A DNA stretch of 59,408 nucleotides, counting the filler. It is 4 parts of 4 records of this genome, joined end to end, with 100 filler letters (N's around TTAATTAATTAA, not from the genome) between each part and the next. Parts side by side here need not be neighbours in the genome. Positions count along the whole stretch, not along the records: positions 33,738 to 48,545 come from SRR31156797_1668; 3 more parts are not named here. The stretch is one strand, 5' to 3'. Shown here piece by piece: positions 38,474 to 48,212 of this stretch (its first letter is position 1; each line of letters starts with the position of its first letter). Under the pieces are notes generated by a model. That model ran no database searches, had not been told where the DNA came from, and saw only the letters and a program-made list of their open reading frames with translations. A program made the position numbers and the translations under genes.

Positions 38474-40393
38474 TCACTCCCCGACCTTTTCCACCCGGCC
38501 CCCGAGATGCTTGCCCAGGAACGCTTCCATGGCCCGGTAAAAATCAAACCGGTTCTCCTCATTATGGAAGCCATGGCCCTCATTCTCCTTTACCATATAG
38601 GGAACGTCAATACCGCGCTCTTTCAAGGCATTGACAATCTGGTCGGCTTCGGCCTTCTTCACCCGGGGATCATTCGCCCCCTGGGCCACAAACAGGGGCG
38701 CCTTGATCTGATCGGCATGGAATACCGGGGAAACCGCTTCCAGAAGCCCACGGTCTTTTACCGGGTCGCCGACCATTTCATAGAACTTCTGCCTGCCCGG
38801 CTCCCAGTAGGGCGGCAGGGTTTCAAGCAGGGTGAAGATGTTGGAGACCCCCACATAATCCACGCCGCAGGCATAGAGATCCGGGGTAAACGCCAATCCC
38901 GCAAGGGTGGCATACCCGCCGTAGGAACCGCCATAGATACCGATCCTGGCCGGATCGGCAATCCCCTTGTCAATCAACCACGCCACACCGTCTGAGATGT
39001 CGTCCTGCATCTCCTGTCCCCATTTTTTAAATCCTGCCTGCCAGAACGCTTTGCCATAGCCGGTGGAGCCCCGGAAGTTCATCTGCAGCACGGCATAGCC
39101 CCGGTTTGCCAGGAACTGGGCCTCGGGGTTGAAGCCCCAGTGATCCCTTGCCCAGGGGCCGCCGTGGGGATTCACCACCACCGGGAGATTTTTCTGCTCC
39201 CCCCCCTTGGGCAGGGTCAGGTAGCCATGGATGGTCAACCCGTCACGGGATTCATAGGAGATGGGCCGCTGGTCGCACATGGCGGCTTCATCCAGCCAGG
39301 GACTCACATCCGCTATTTTCATGAATTCCCCGGAATTCAGATCATAAAAAAAATAGGCACCCAGGGATTTATCGCTGTAGGTTCTCACCAGGATACGGGT
39401 TTCATCCCGGCTGCTGCTGACAACAGCGACTTCATAGCCGGGCAGGCGCTTTTCCAGGTCTGCCTGGACGTCCCTTCGCAGGTCATCAAAAAAAAGGGTA
39501 TGGCGTTTGTCCGTCACATAGGTCACCCCGGTGATCTTCTTGCGCTTTTTACTCCTCATAAGATGGGAGACATCGACATCCGGGTGTTCATAGATCAATT
39601 CCAGGGCTTTGTTGGCGGCAATGTCATATTTGTAAATCGCGGTTTTGTCACGGCCCAGGTTGGACGCCATATAGACAAACCGGTTGTCATAGGTGAAGAA
39701 CAGGGGGGCCAGTGTCTCCTTGAAATTTGTGGTAACAATGGTCTTGAAAGGCTCTTTTTCCGTTTCCCTGTACAGCAGGGACTGGTTGACACCGTCCGTG
39801 GCCATGGCCATCCTGAGCCTGCCGTCATTGTCCGTGAGCCACCCCTGGATGTTTCCCGGGTTTTCAGCGATCATCTCCATCCCGCCGGTCTCGATGTTGA
39901 GGCGGTATACATCAAACACCCGGGGATCTCTCTTGTTCATGCCAATGAGCATCTCATCTTCGATCTCTTCCAGGTCGTCAACGATACTGACCCGAACGCC
40001 CTCAAAGGGAGTCAACTCCCTTAGATTGTTTCCGTCCGTATCCACGGCAAACAGATGAAAGTTTTCATTGCCGCCCCGGTCCTGGATAAAGGCGATCCGG
40101 TTGTTGTTGGCCCAGAAATATCCGGCCACATCCCTTGCCGTCGACCGGGTCACCCGGGTCTCCCCGGGTTCCCCTATTTTCCGGACAAACACGTTCATCC
40201 GGTTTTTCCAGGGCTTCATGAACGCCAGGAAGGTGCCGTCCGGAGAAAGCTCAAACCCGGTCTGTTCCGGATTCTTGAAAAACGCTTCCATTGGGATCAG
40301 TGATGTTTCGGGTTGCAGATGGCTGCAGCCGGACAGCCAACCAAGGGTTAACAAGCCAATGAGGATGAGGTTTATTTTTTGTCGAATATTCAT
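38474..40393 (-). CDS. S9 family peptidase (dipeptidyl/acylaminoacyl peptidase), lipoprotein
   Basis: Lipobox LSGC, HGGP, MNFRGSTGYG, catalytic GGSYGG, NDPRV, NEGHGF. Start trimmed to MNIRQK (AAGGA SD). Confidence 0.9.
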   Translation of the reverse strand: MNIRQKINLILIGLLTLGWLSGCSHLQPETSLIPMEAFFKNPEQTGFELSPDGTFLAFMKPWKNRMNVFVRKIGEPGETRVTRSTARDVAGYFWANNNRIAFIQDRGGNENFHLFAVDTDGNNLRELTPFEGVRVSIVDDLEEIEDEMLIGMNKRDPRVFDVYRLNIETGGMEMIAENPGNIQGWLTDNDGRLRMAMATDGVNQSLLYRETEKEPFKTIVTTNFKETLAPLFFTYDNRFVYMASNLGRDKTAIYKYDIAANKALELIYEHPDVDVSHLMRSKKRKKITGVTYVTDKRHTLFFDDLRRDVQADLEKRLPGYEVAVVSSSRDETRILVRTYSDKSLGAYFFYDLNSGEFMKIADVSPWLDEAAMCDQRPISYESRDGLTIHGYLTLPKGGEQKNLPVVVNPHGGPWARDHWGFNPEAQFLANRGYAVLQMNFRGSTGYGKAFWQAGFKKWGQEMQDDISDGVAWLIDKGIADPARIGIYGGSYGGYATLAGLAFTPDLYACGVDYVGVSNIFTLLETLPPYWEPGRQKFYEMVGDPVKDRGLLEAVSPVFHADQIKAPLFVAQGANDPRVKKAEADQIVNALKERGIDVPYMVKENEGHGFHNEENRFDFYRAMEAFLGKHLGGRVEKVGE

Positions 40394-40636
40394 TTTTTCC
40401 TTTTCCATGGGATCCATGCCCTGATGGGGAGTCATACCCTCCCCGGGGGGATTATTTTTCAAATAATTAATTGCAGAAAATCCAACCGCATTATATAGGT
40501 GGAATTTTATAGTGCAAGCAAAACTTTGTTCGGACATCATACTTGGAAGCGGATTCAAATCCGCAGGCCGTTTCACCATGGAATTCTCCATCGAAGCGAA
40601 GGGTGGAGACATTGCCGGAGCAGAGGAGATTAGCCG

Positions 40637-41278
40637 ATGGAACAGCAAGCGCGACAAAATAGAAAAGAGTTCTGGGGAAAGGCCACGGCCGGGTATGATG
40701 ACCGCCCCACAGGATTCAGGAACAGTTACCAGACACTCACAGAACGGATTACCCGGGATGTGGAGGATGCAACCCGTATCCTGGATGTGGGAACCGGCAC
40801 CGGAGAGATGGCGCTGGCCGTTGCCGAAAAGGCCGCCGCCGTGGAGGGTGTCGACCTGACCCCGGAGATGATCGAAAAGGCAAAGGCCAAGGCGGCCCGG
40901 CAAGGGTACGGGAACATCCGGTTCACGGTTCAGGATGCGTCATCCCTGGCGTTCAACGACAACGCCTTTGATGCGGTGATCGTCTCCAACCTGCTCCATG
41001 TGATCGAAAAACCTGAACAGGTTCTCCGGGAGATCCACCGGGTGCTCATCCCCGGGGGGAGACTGGTTGCCCCCACCTTTCTCCACGGGGAAACGGTTGC
41101 CAGCCTGTTTTTATCCCTGGTCTACCAGATAAAAGGATTTCCGATTCATCACAGGTTTTCCACAAAGCGCCTTGCCGGGCTGATCAACCATTCGGGGTTC
41201 AAGGTGCTCTCCCAGACCCGGCTCCCCGGGGTCATGCCCCTTTCCCATGTGGTGGCCAGGGCCCTGGACGGCCATTGA
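40637..41278 (+). CDS. Class I SAM-dependent methyltransferase (UbiE-like)
   Basis: ILDVGTGTG, GVDLTPEMI, FDAV..NLLH..LREIHRVLIPGG; GAGGAG SD. Confidence 0.88.
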   Translation: MEQQARQNRKEFWGKATAGYDDRPTGFRNSYQTLTERITRDVEDATRILDVGTGTGEMALAVAEKAAAVEGVDLTPEMIEKAKAKAARQGYGNIRFTVQDASSLAFNDNAFDAVIVSNLLHVIEKPEQVLREIHRVLIPGGRLVAPTFLHGETVASLFLSLVYQIKGFPIHHRFSTKRLAGLINHSGFKVLSQTRLPGVMPLSHVVARALDGH

Positions 41279-41335
41279 CATCCCGCCGGGTTTCAGAAAA
41301 TGACAAAAAAGAATTCACCATGTGATATCTTTTAC

Positions 41336-41389
41336 CGGCATCTCCATTGTAAAGAAGGGGGAAACCCCGACACTGAAAAGGAGATGCCG
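41336..41389 (+). promoter_or_regulatory. Structured 5' leader sequestering the SD of the MBL-fold gene
   Basis: CGGCATCTCC (41336-41345) pairs perfectly with GGAGATGCCG (41380-41389); internal GGGG-GAAA-CCCC hairpin. Confidence 0.45.
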
Positions 41390-41391
41390 TT

Positions 41392-42360
41392 ATGAACCCC
41401 ATGCTGAAAGAGATCGAGAGCGTTGAGATCACCACGCTCCAGGACAACTATATCGATGTACTGGCCATGGATGGCGATGATGTCGTCCAACGGCCGTTTC
41501 CGGTCAAGGAGATGCCGGGAAAGGGGATGGAACTCTCCGCAAGCCCCATTGCCGAACACGGATTTTCCGCCTTTGTCACGCTGACGGACAAGGGGCAGCC
41601 CCGGAGCATGCTCTTTGATTTCGGCTGCTCCGCCCATGGGGCCGCCTATAACGCAGAGCTCCTCTCCATGGATCTGACAAGGGTCAGCGCCCTTGCCCTC
41701 TCCCATGGCCACCTGGACCATGTCGGGGGCATGAAAGCCCTTGCAGGGCGCCTAGGGAAAGACGACCTTGAGCTTGTGGTGCACCCCGGGGCCTTCAGGG
41801 AGAAGCGCTACATAAAGACGCCCACCGGATCAAAAGTATTTTTCCCGTCCTTTATGCGGGAGGATGTCCTTGAAGCAGGCCTTTCCATCAAAGAGACCGT
41901 CTCTCCCCTGAAAATGGTTGACGGCAGCGCCCTGTTCCTGGGCGAAATCCCCAGGGCCACCCCCTTTGAAGAGGGAATGAAGAATGCTTTTTATGACCGG
42001 GACGGCATTGAAACACCCGACGCCATAGAAGACGATTCCGCACTGGTGTTCAATATCCGGGACAAGGGGCTTGTGGTTCTGTCCGGGTGCGCCCACTCAG
42101 GCATCATCAACACGGTCAATTATGCCAGGGAGGTGACGGGTGTGGAAGCGATTTTCGCCGTGATGGGCGGTTTCCATTTGACGGGCCCGGCGTTTTCAGC
42201 CAAGATCGCGCCGACCATCGAGGCGCTGAAAGCCTTTCACCCCACATTCGTCGTTCCCTGCCACTGCACCGGGAGAGAGGCGGTCATGGCGATCGAAAAG
42301 AAGATGCCCGGGCAATTTCTGCTGAACATGCCCGGCACGCGCCTGCGCTTCAGGCAGTAA
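41392..42360 (+). CDS. MBL-fold metallo-hydrolase (MJ0448-like dihydropterin-synthase annotation family)
   Basis: AEHGFS, LFDFG, LSHGHLDHVGG, DDSAL, SGCAHSGIIN, GGFHL, PCHCTG. Confidence 0.88.
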   Translation: MNPMLKEIESVEITTLQDNYIDVLAMDGDDVVQRPFPVKEMPGKGMELSASPIAEHGFSAFVTLTDKGQPRSMLFDFGCSAHGAAYNAELLSMDLTRVSALALSHGHLDHVGGMKALAGRLGKDDLELVVHPGAFREKRYIKTPTGSKVFFPSFMREDVLEAGLSIKETVSPLKMVDGSALFLGEIPRATPFEEGMKNAFYDRDGIETPDAIEDDSALVFNIRDKGLVVLSGCAHSGIINTVNYAREVTGVEAIFAVMGGFHLTGPAFSAKIAPTIEALKAFHPTFVVPCHCTGREAVMAIEKKMPGQFLLNMPGTRLRFRQ

Positions 42361-42364
42361 AAGC

Positions 42365-42400
42365 AAAAGCCCGGCCCGGATGACCCCGGGCCGGGCTTTT
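42365..42400. terminator. Bidirectional intrinsic terminator
   Basis: AAAAGCCCGGCCCGG-N6-CCGGGCCGGGCTTTT perfect stem between convergent genes. Confidence 0.85.
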
Positions 42401-42441
42401 TCTCTCAAACTCCTGTGTAACAACCCATTTACCGATTGCGC

Positions 42442-44445
42442 TTAAAAGCGAACAGAGGCAAGCACGCCCATGGTGCGGGGAGGCCCCACCGCGTATAAGC
42501 CAAAGGTCCGGGAACTGAAATACTCCTTGTCCAGCAGGTTGTTCACATAAAAATAAAGATCCCAGTTTGACGCTTCATAACCGATCTTGGCATGAACCAA
42601 CTGGTAGGGACTCCGTTTATAGGTATTGGCTTCGTTATAGTAGGTGGTACCGTATCCCTCCATTTCTCCCCGGAGGAAAAAACCGGAAGCATGCCGGTAC
42701 TGGGCGGCCAGGTTATAGGTATATTCCGGCGTTTGCAGGGTGGTCTTGCCGGAGAATTCGCCATAGTCATCAAACTCGGATTCGGTCCATGCCAGGGCGG
42801 CGGTCAGATCCAGTCCCCGGACAGGCCGGGCCTTTGCTTCGATCTCAATTCCCTGGCAGTGGGCTTCAGCGGCATTGGAGGCAACCAGGATATTGTCCCT
42901 TGGATTGCTCCAGACATGCATATCCTCAATGTCCACATAGAAAAGCGCGGTGTTCAAAAACAGGCGATTATCGAACCAGGCGGTTTTTGCCCCGAATTCA
43001 TAGTTCAAAGAGGTCTGTTCATCAAATTTCGCAGCGTCCCTGTCATCCCCGAAATTATTCATACCGCCGGCCAGATATCCCTGGGAGATACTGAAATAGA
43101 TCATGGCGTCTTTGTTGATAGTCCAGGAAAGCACTCCCTTGGGCAGCAGGGCGTCCCAGTCCTCGTCCAGGTCCCACGCCACGGTTGAGATGAGGGCGTT
43201 GGTACCGAGACTGGTGATCCGGCTTCGGTAATCCAGCTCCTTATGGATCCGCTCGTATCGTAATCCGGCTGTAAAGTTCAGTGAGGGAACAATGGGAATG
43301 GTCATCTGGCCGAAGACGGCCGCGGCCTCTTCCAATTCATCAACGGGCCGGTCGATAACCATGTTGTAGGTGTTATAAACCGCCCCGGCCCTCTCGGAGT
43401 CATTTTCCTCATTGGAATAGTAGAGCCCCGCCAGCCATTTGATGCCTGTCTCATTCTGGGGGGACTGCACCCGGAATTCCTGGGTGAATGCGTCCGTATC
43501 CACCAGCCGAAAGGTCTGCACCGTTCCGTTTCGATCTTCCAGGTGGTCGTTTTCAGTGTTTCGATAGGTGGTTATGGAATTCAATTCCGCAAAGTCCGCC
43601 CGGTAGCAAACCTTTAACGCCGCATTAAAAAGATCTGCGTCGTTTTTATCGCTGGGATTCCGATTTTCATGGTACTGGATCGAATCCGAATAGATGGTGT
43701 CACTGGAGCCATTACGCTTTTGGGCAAGCCCGGCATGGAGGTCTATCTCCAGCCGGTCGGACGGCAGCCAGTTGAGTACGGCATTGGCGGCATTCGCTTC
43801 CCTGTCGCCATAGTAATCCCTGTCCGGATGATCATTTTTCAGAAAGCCCCGGGTTTCATGATGTTTGGCGGAAAGCCCCAGATACAGTTTATCCTTTATG
43901 ACCGGGCCGTTGATAAACCCTTTGAGCCCATAGGTTTCATCTTCTCCCGCCTCACCGGTCAGTTTTGCTTCCACCCGGTTGCCCGGTTTTTTGGATATGA
44001 CATTGATCACGCCGCCGATGGCGTTCTTCCCGTACAAGGTGCCCTGGGGACCGCGCAGGACCTCGATCCGATCAACCCCGGCCAGGTCCAGGTCATAGAA
44101 CAAGGCATTGTCAAAGGGGATGCCATCCACAAAGATGACAATGGGATTCTTGCCGGTCAGGGTACTGACGCCCATACCCCGGTAACTGGCATTCTCCATG
44201 CCCGATGCATCCAGTGTCAGCCCGGGGATCATCTCAATGACGTCCCCGATGGTTTCCACCCCGGCATCCTCGAGTTCCGTCCCGGTAAAGGCCGTCACGG
44301 CCGCCGGGACTTCCTGAATATCTTCCGCCCGCTTATCCGCCGTGACCGTGAGGGATTCCAGCTTGTATTCCTCTGCCGCCGACACCTGAAACGGCCATAC
44401 AATTACTGCCAGGAGCAGCACCACAAACACATTTCTCAATTTCAT
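42442..44445 (-). CDS. TonB-dependent receptor (FyuA-like)
   Basis: Signal peptide, LESLTVTADKR, RIEVLRGPQGTLYGKNAIGGVINV, NNLLDKEY, C-terminal VRF. Confidence 0.93.
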   Translation of the reverse strand: MKLRNVFVVLLLAVIVWPFQVSAAEEYKLESLTVTADKRAEDIQEVPAAVTAFTGTELEDAGVETIGDVIEMIPGLTLDASGMENASYRGMGVSTLTGKNPIVIFVDGIPFDNALFYDLDLAGVDRIEVLRGPQGTLYGKNAIGGVINVISKKPGNRVEAKLTGEAGEDETYGLKGFINGPVIKDKLYLGLSAKHHETRGFLKNDHPDRDYYGDREANAANAVLNWLPSDRLEIDLHAGLAQKRNGSSDTIYSDSIQYHENRNPSDKNDADLFNAALKVCYRADFAELNSITTYRNTENDHLEDRNGTVQTFRLVDTDAFTQEFRVQSPQNETGIKWLAGLYYSNEENDSERAGAVYNTYNMVIDRPVDELEEAAAVFGQMTIPIVPSLNFTAGLRYERIHKELDYRSRITSLGTNALISTVAWDLDEDWDALLPKGVLSWTINKDAMIYFSISQGYLAGGMNNFGDDRDAAKFDEQTSLNYEFGAKTAWFDNRLFLNTALFYVDIEDMHVWSNPRDNILVASNAAEAHCQGIEIEAKARPVRGLDLTAALAWTESEFDDYGEFSGKTTLQTPEYTYNLAAQYRHASGFFLRGEMEGYGTTYYNEANTYKRSPYQLVHAKIGYEASNWDLYFYVNNLLDKEYFSSRTFGLYAVGPPRTMGVLASVRF

Positions 44446-46190
44446 CTTCTTTCTTCCTTTATCGTCCAGTTGCAGGATTTCTCGTGTAACGTCACCATCT
44501 TGAAATAGTGACCTTTTTGCTTCATCAATGTCCTGTGGGTCCCCATTTCCTCAATTTCGCCATCCTTGAGCAGCAATATCCGATCCGCATTCCGGATGGT
44601 GTTGAGGCGATGTGCAATGACAAATACGGTCTTTTGGGCCATCAACCGGTCCAATACGCCATTGATCCGGCTCTCATTGTCGGCATCCAGGGACGCGGTG
44701 GATTCGTCCAGCAGCAGGATCGGCGCATCCTTCAGGATCGCCCTTGCAATGGCAATGCGCTGTTTTTCCCCCCCGGACAATCCGATGCCGCCCTGGGCCA
44801 ACAGGGTGTGATACCCATAGGGAAGTTTTTGGGCAAATTCCCCACAGCAGGCATCTGCCAGCGCTTTTTCTATCTCCCGGTCAGGGGCATTGGGGTTGGC
44901 GATTTTCACATTGTTCCAGATGGTATCTTCAAACAGGATATTTTCCTGAAACACCTCGGCCATCAAACCGAGTACGTTGTCGGGATGGATTTCCCGGATG
45001 GGCTTTCCGCCGATATAAACAGTACCCCGGGTGGGGTCATAAAACCGTGCGATCAGGCTTGCAATGGTGGTTTTCCCACTGCCGGACGGACCGATCAGGG
45101 CTGTTTTACTGCCGGCGTTTGCCCTGAAACTGATGTCGTAAATCACTTCTTTGCCGCCGGAGTAGGAAAAACACACATGGTCGAACACCACATCGGGATT
45201 TTCCTGATCCACCGGATTCCCGGTGTGGTTCCCGTACGGCAAGGGGGCATACCGGAATACGGTGTCGATGTTTTCAACAGCAAGGGACAGGTCCTTCAGC
45301 ATCAGATAGTAATGCTCAAAAAAGCCAAGTATGACGGTAAGCGAAACACCCATGATCATAAACGCAATGAACGCCGTTGGGGCCAACTGGCCGTTGAGCA
45401 GCCGATACCCGCCAAGCATGAGGACCAGGGGAAAGATCATTCCGGTTACGGTACCGTAAAGGCAGGAAAACAGGGCCAGGGATTTCTCGGCCCGGATACT
45501 TTCGGTTTTCATTTTCTCCAGGGAATCCATCATTCGGGTAAAGCCCTGTTCCGTCATGTTATGGGACTGAAAGACCTTGACACCGTCCAGGAACTCCATG
45601 ACCACGGAGACCTGCTGTTCCATGATCCGCCGTTTTCCGGCGCCATGCTTTTGGAGACGCCGGTTGCCCAGGGCCAGAACAGGCAGGGAGACACCGACAA
45701 CCACCAATTGAAGCAGGGCCAGGTGAATATCGATGAAAAAGGTGCCCGCCACCATGAACACGCCCAGGGCACAGGTCCTTAAAAAGAAGGGAAAGGCATG
45801 GGTCAGGATGCCTTCAAACTGGCAGACATCGCCGGTCAGGGTATTCAGGAGATATCCCATGCCGCGCTTGTCAAAATACCCCATACTCAGCTCTTTCATA
45901 TGATTGGCAAGTCTTTGGCGCATTTCATGGGTGATCTCAACGCCGGTGCGGAAGGATTGATCATAACCGGCCTGGTAGACAAGTAACCGGAAGATCAAAA
46001 CCACTGCGCCGGTCACCGTATACCGTGTCAGCATTTGGGGCGTAAAATCTCCCAGGACCAGGTGAACAATGGTCAGATAGAGCAGATAATACAAGGTGGC
46101 CGCCCCCAGGCAGTCCAGGAGCAGGTACCCGGTGGGACGCATCACCCTGTGCAGGTTTTTGCCAATGAGATTTTCCATCCGTGCCCCCAT
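44442..46190 (-). CDS. ABC transporter, fused TMD-NBD (YbtQ/IrtB-like)
   Basis: TM helices, GPSGSGKT, LSGGEKQR, LLDESTASLD, IAHRL. Start at 46190 overlaps the upstream TGA. Confidence 0.9.
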   Translation of the reverse strand: MGARMENLIGKNLHRVMRPTGYLLLDCLGAATLYYLLYLTIVHLVLGDFTPQMLTRYTVTGAVVLIFRLLVYQAGYDQSFRTGVEITHEMRQRLANHMKELSMGYFDKRGMGYLLNTLTGDVCQFEGILTHAFPFFLRTCALGVFMVAGTFFIDIHLALLQLVVVGVSLPVLALGNRRLQKHGAGKRRIMEQQVSVVMEFLDGVKVFQSHNMTEQGFTRMMDSLEKMKTESIRAEKSLALFSCLYGTVTGMIFPLVLMLGGYRLLNGQLAPTAFIAFMIMGVSLTVILGFFEHYYLMLKDLSLAVENIDTVFRYAPLPYGNHTGNPVDQENPDVVFDHVCFSYSGGKEVIYDISFRANAGSKTALIGPSGSGKTTIASLIARFYDPTRGTVYIGGKPIREIHPDNVLGLMAEVFQENILFEDTIWNNVKIANPNAPDREIEKALADACCGEFAQKLPYGYHTLLAQGGIGLSGGEKQRIAIARAILKDAPILLLDESTASLDADNESRINGVLDRLMAQKTVFVIAHRLNTIRNADRILLLKDGEIEEMGTHRTLMKQKGHYFKMVTLHEKSCNWTIKEERR

Positions 46191-47947
46191 CACGCCGCCT
46201 CCGTTTCCCCGGTAAACCGCCGGGCGGATACATAGGTATCCCATAACGCTTTGTAGTGGCCGTTGTTCGCCAACAGCGCACCATGTGTCCCTTTTTCAAC
46301 GACCCTTCCATTGTCAAACACAAGGATCTGATCCACGTTTATGATGGTGTGCAGACGATGGGCAATCATGATGGTGGTTCTGCCGGCCAGCAAATTTGAC
46401 AGGGCCTGCTGTATCCGGTATTCGTTTTCAATATCCGTGTAAGAAGTTGCCTCATCAAAAACAACAACCGGGGCATTTTTCAAGACAGCCCGTGCAATGG
46501 CAATGCGTTGTTTTTGACCGCCGGACAACTTGATCTCCCCTCCCCCGATGACGGTGTCGTATCCGTTGGGCAACCCCTCAATAAACCCATGGATATTGGC
46601 GGCGGTTGCAGCGGCGGCCACCGCCTGCCGGGGATGGTCTTTCCCCATGCAGAGATTCGCGTGAATGGTATCGTTCATGATAAACGCGTCCTGAAAGACA
46701 AAGGCCGTAAGGTTTCGGACGGTCTCCCTGTCTAATTTTCCAATGTCGATGCCGTTGACCCGGACCGTTCCCTCCTGCGGTTCATAGTATCGCCCCAACA
46801 GCTGTGCGGCGGTGGTCTTTCCCGACCCGGATCCCCCGACAAAGGCGGTGACCGTGCCCGGGAGGATTTCAAAGGAGAGGTCCGTCAGCGCCGCTGTTAC
46901 CCCATCGTAGGAAAACCCGACGTGCTTGTATTCCAGGGCGACACCACCGGCGGTATCCACGCTGCCGTCACCGTAGCGGATGGGCGTTGTGTCCCTTATC
47001 TCACGGATACTGTCGAGACCGATATCCATCTCCTTCATGCCCATCATGATGTTCATGACCGACGCAAACGAACTGTAAAACGCGATGGACAATAAAAGCA
47101 TGAGCAGATAGGTGGCGAGATCGATGCCGCCGTTAAAGAACAAAACGCCGCCGACAGGAACGGCAAAGGCCACTGCACTGTCCAGCACAACCACGGAGAT
47201 GGAAAGCATCCTGCAGGCAAGGGAGCTGACGGTCTTGAAGCAATCAAGGTAAGCCCGGAGCGCCCTGGCGTGGGTTTCAAATTTTTCCACCGTCAGTTGA
47301 TACATTTTGATAACCGGCATGGTGGTGATGAATTCCGTGGCCGATGCATTCACCGCCCTGTACTTCCGGGTGAACTCTTCCATCATGACGGGGTACCGGT
47401 TCAAGATGATCATGGGAATGCCGATCCCCAGTATGACGGGAATCATCAGGAGGACTCCCATCAGGGGATTTAACACCAGCAGTCCCGCCAGCAGGAGAAT
47501 CGGCACCACAACGGCCTGAACCATTTCCAGCAGCCCATGTGCCAGGATGTTTTCAAGCCTGCCGACATCATCAAAAATGGCGGTTTTCAGATGCCCGGTG
47601 GAATGGGTGTCAAAAAAGCCTGAATGCAGCCGGGACAGCCGGCGCAGTACGGTTACCCTCAGATCATGGAGGGTGTTGTAGGCCGCCGTATGGGAAAGGA
47701 CCCTTGCCCCGTTGCCGAGTGCGATCCTGCCTATGGCGGCAACCACCGCCCCGGCGACCAGCAGCCCCAGGTCGGCTGACGTCATCTCCCGGGCGATAAG
47801 CATCTTCAGGATCTGATAGATCATGCAGTATGGAATCAGGCCGCAAATTTGTGCGGCTATGGCCAAAAAAATAGCAATGATAAGTCCGGGCTTGTGTTTA
47901 CCTGCAAGGGAAAGCGCAAGTGTTAAACCGTTGTTTTGTTTTTCCAT
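46190..47947 (-). CDS. ABC transporter, fused TMD-NBD (YbtP/IrtA-like)
   Basis: LSHTAAY..LR, DDVGRLE.ILAH, GGSGSGKT, LSGGQKQR, FDEATSYTD, IAHRL. Confidence 0.9.
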   Translation of the reverse strand: MEKQNNGLTLALSLAGKHKPGLIIAIFLAIAAQICGLIPYCMIYQILKMLIAREMTSADLGLLVAGAVVAAIGRIALGNGARVLSHTAAYNTLHDLRVTVLRRLSRLHSGFFDTHSTGHLKTAIFDDVGRLENILAHGLLEMVQAVVVPILLLAGLLVLNPLMGVLLMIPVILGIGIPMIILNRYPVMMEEFTRKYRAVNASATEFITTMPVIKMYQLTVEKFETHARALRAYLDCFKTVSSLACRMLSISVVVLDSAVAFAVPVGGVLFFNGGIDLATYLLMLLLSIAFYSSFASVMNIMMGMKEMDIGLDSIREIRDTTPIRYGDGSVDTAGGVALEYKHVGFSYDGVTAALTDLSFEILPGTVTAFVGGSGSGKTTAAQLLGRYYEPQEGTVRVNGIDIGKLDRETVRNLTAFVFQDAFIMNDTIHANLCMGKDHPRQAVAAAATAANIHGFIEGLPNGYDTVIGGGEIKLSGGQKQRIAIARAVLKNAPVVVFDEATSYTDIENEYRIQQALSNLLAGRTTIMIAHRLHTIINVDQILVFDNGRVVEKGTHGALLANNGHYKALWDTYVSARRFTGETEAA

Positions 47948-48143
47948 CCATGTATTTCCATTCGTTATAAAGCATAAAGTTTCAAAGTCAATCATTTCTT
48001 AGCCCAAGCTAACTTGCAAGGGGTTATACAGTCATCATCATTGAAAATCAATACAGTCGCATTTTCACACCCCCAAAACGCCAACCCGCCATTAACATTA
48101 ACAAAACAACCAGTTACAGCCCGCCAAAGCGCCCCAACCTGTT

Positions 48144-48173
48144 ATAATGTGACAAAATTAAATGATAATGTGA
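48144..48173. promoter_or_regulatory. Direct repeat ATAATGTGA with a 21-bp period (candidate AraC-family operator)
   Basis: Exact 9-mers at 48144 and 48165, in the divergent region between the ABC operon and the AraC-like gene. Confidence 0.5.
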
Positions 48174-48212
48174 TACTATGGGCGCCGAACGGACAAAGGA
48201 GGATGAATCAAA

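Noticed and set aside
36304-40424. Many 100-295-aa overlapping ORFs within the TBDR and S9 peptidase genes
   Set aside because: Alternative-frame or antisense products of high GC3 codon usage, lying wholly within well-supported genes.
40572-40610. Small hairpin and a TTCACCATG 9-mer shared with the leader at 41314
   Set aside because: It does not fit the fluoride or other riboswitch consensus I know, and a single 9-mer match is too weak.
40394-40903. 169-aa N-terminal extension of the S9 peptidase in the ORF track (809 aa)
   Set aside because: It overlaps the real methyltransferase on the opposite strand. The lipoprotein signal and SD place the start at 40393.
44508-45782. 424-aa plus-strand ORF
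   Set aside because: Antisense shadow of the ABC transporter gene. Such open frames are common in GC-rich coding DNA, and it has no recognisable motifs.
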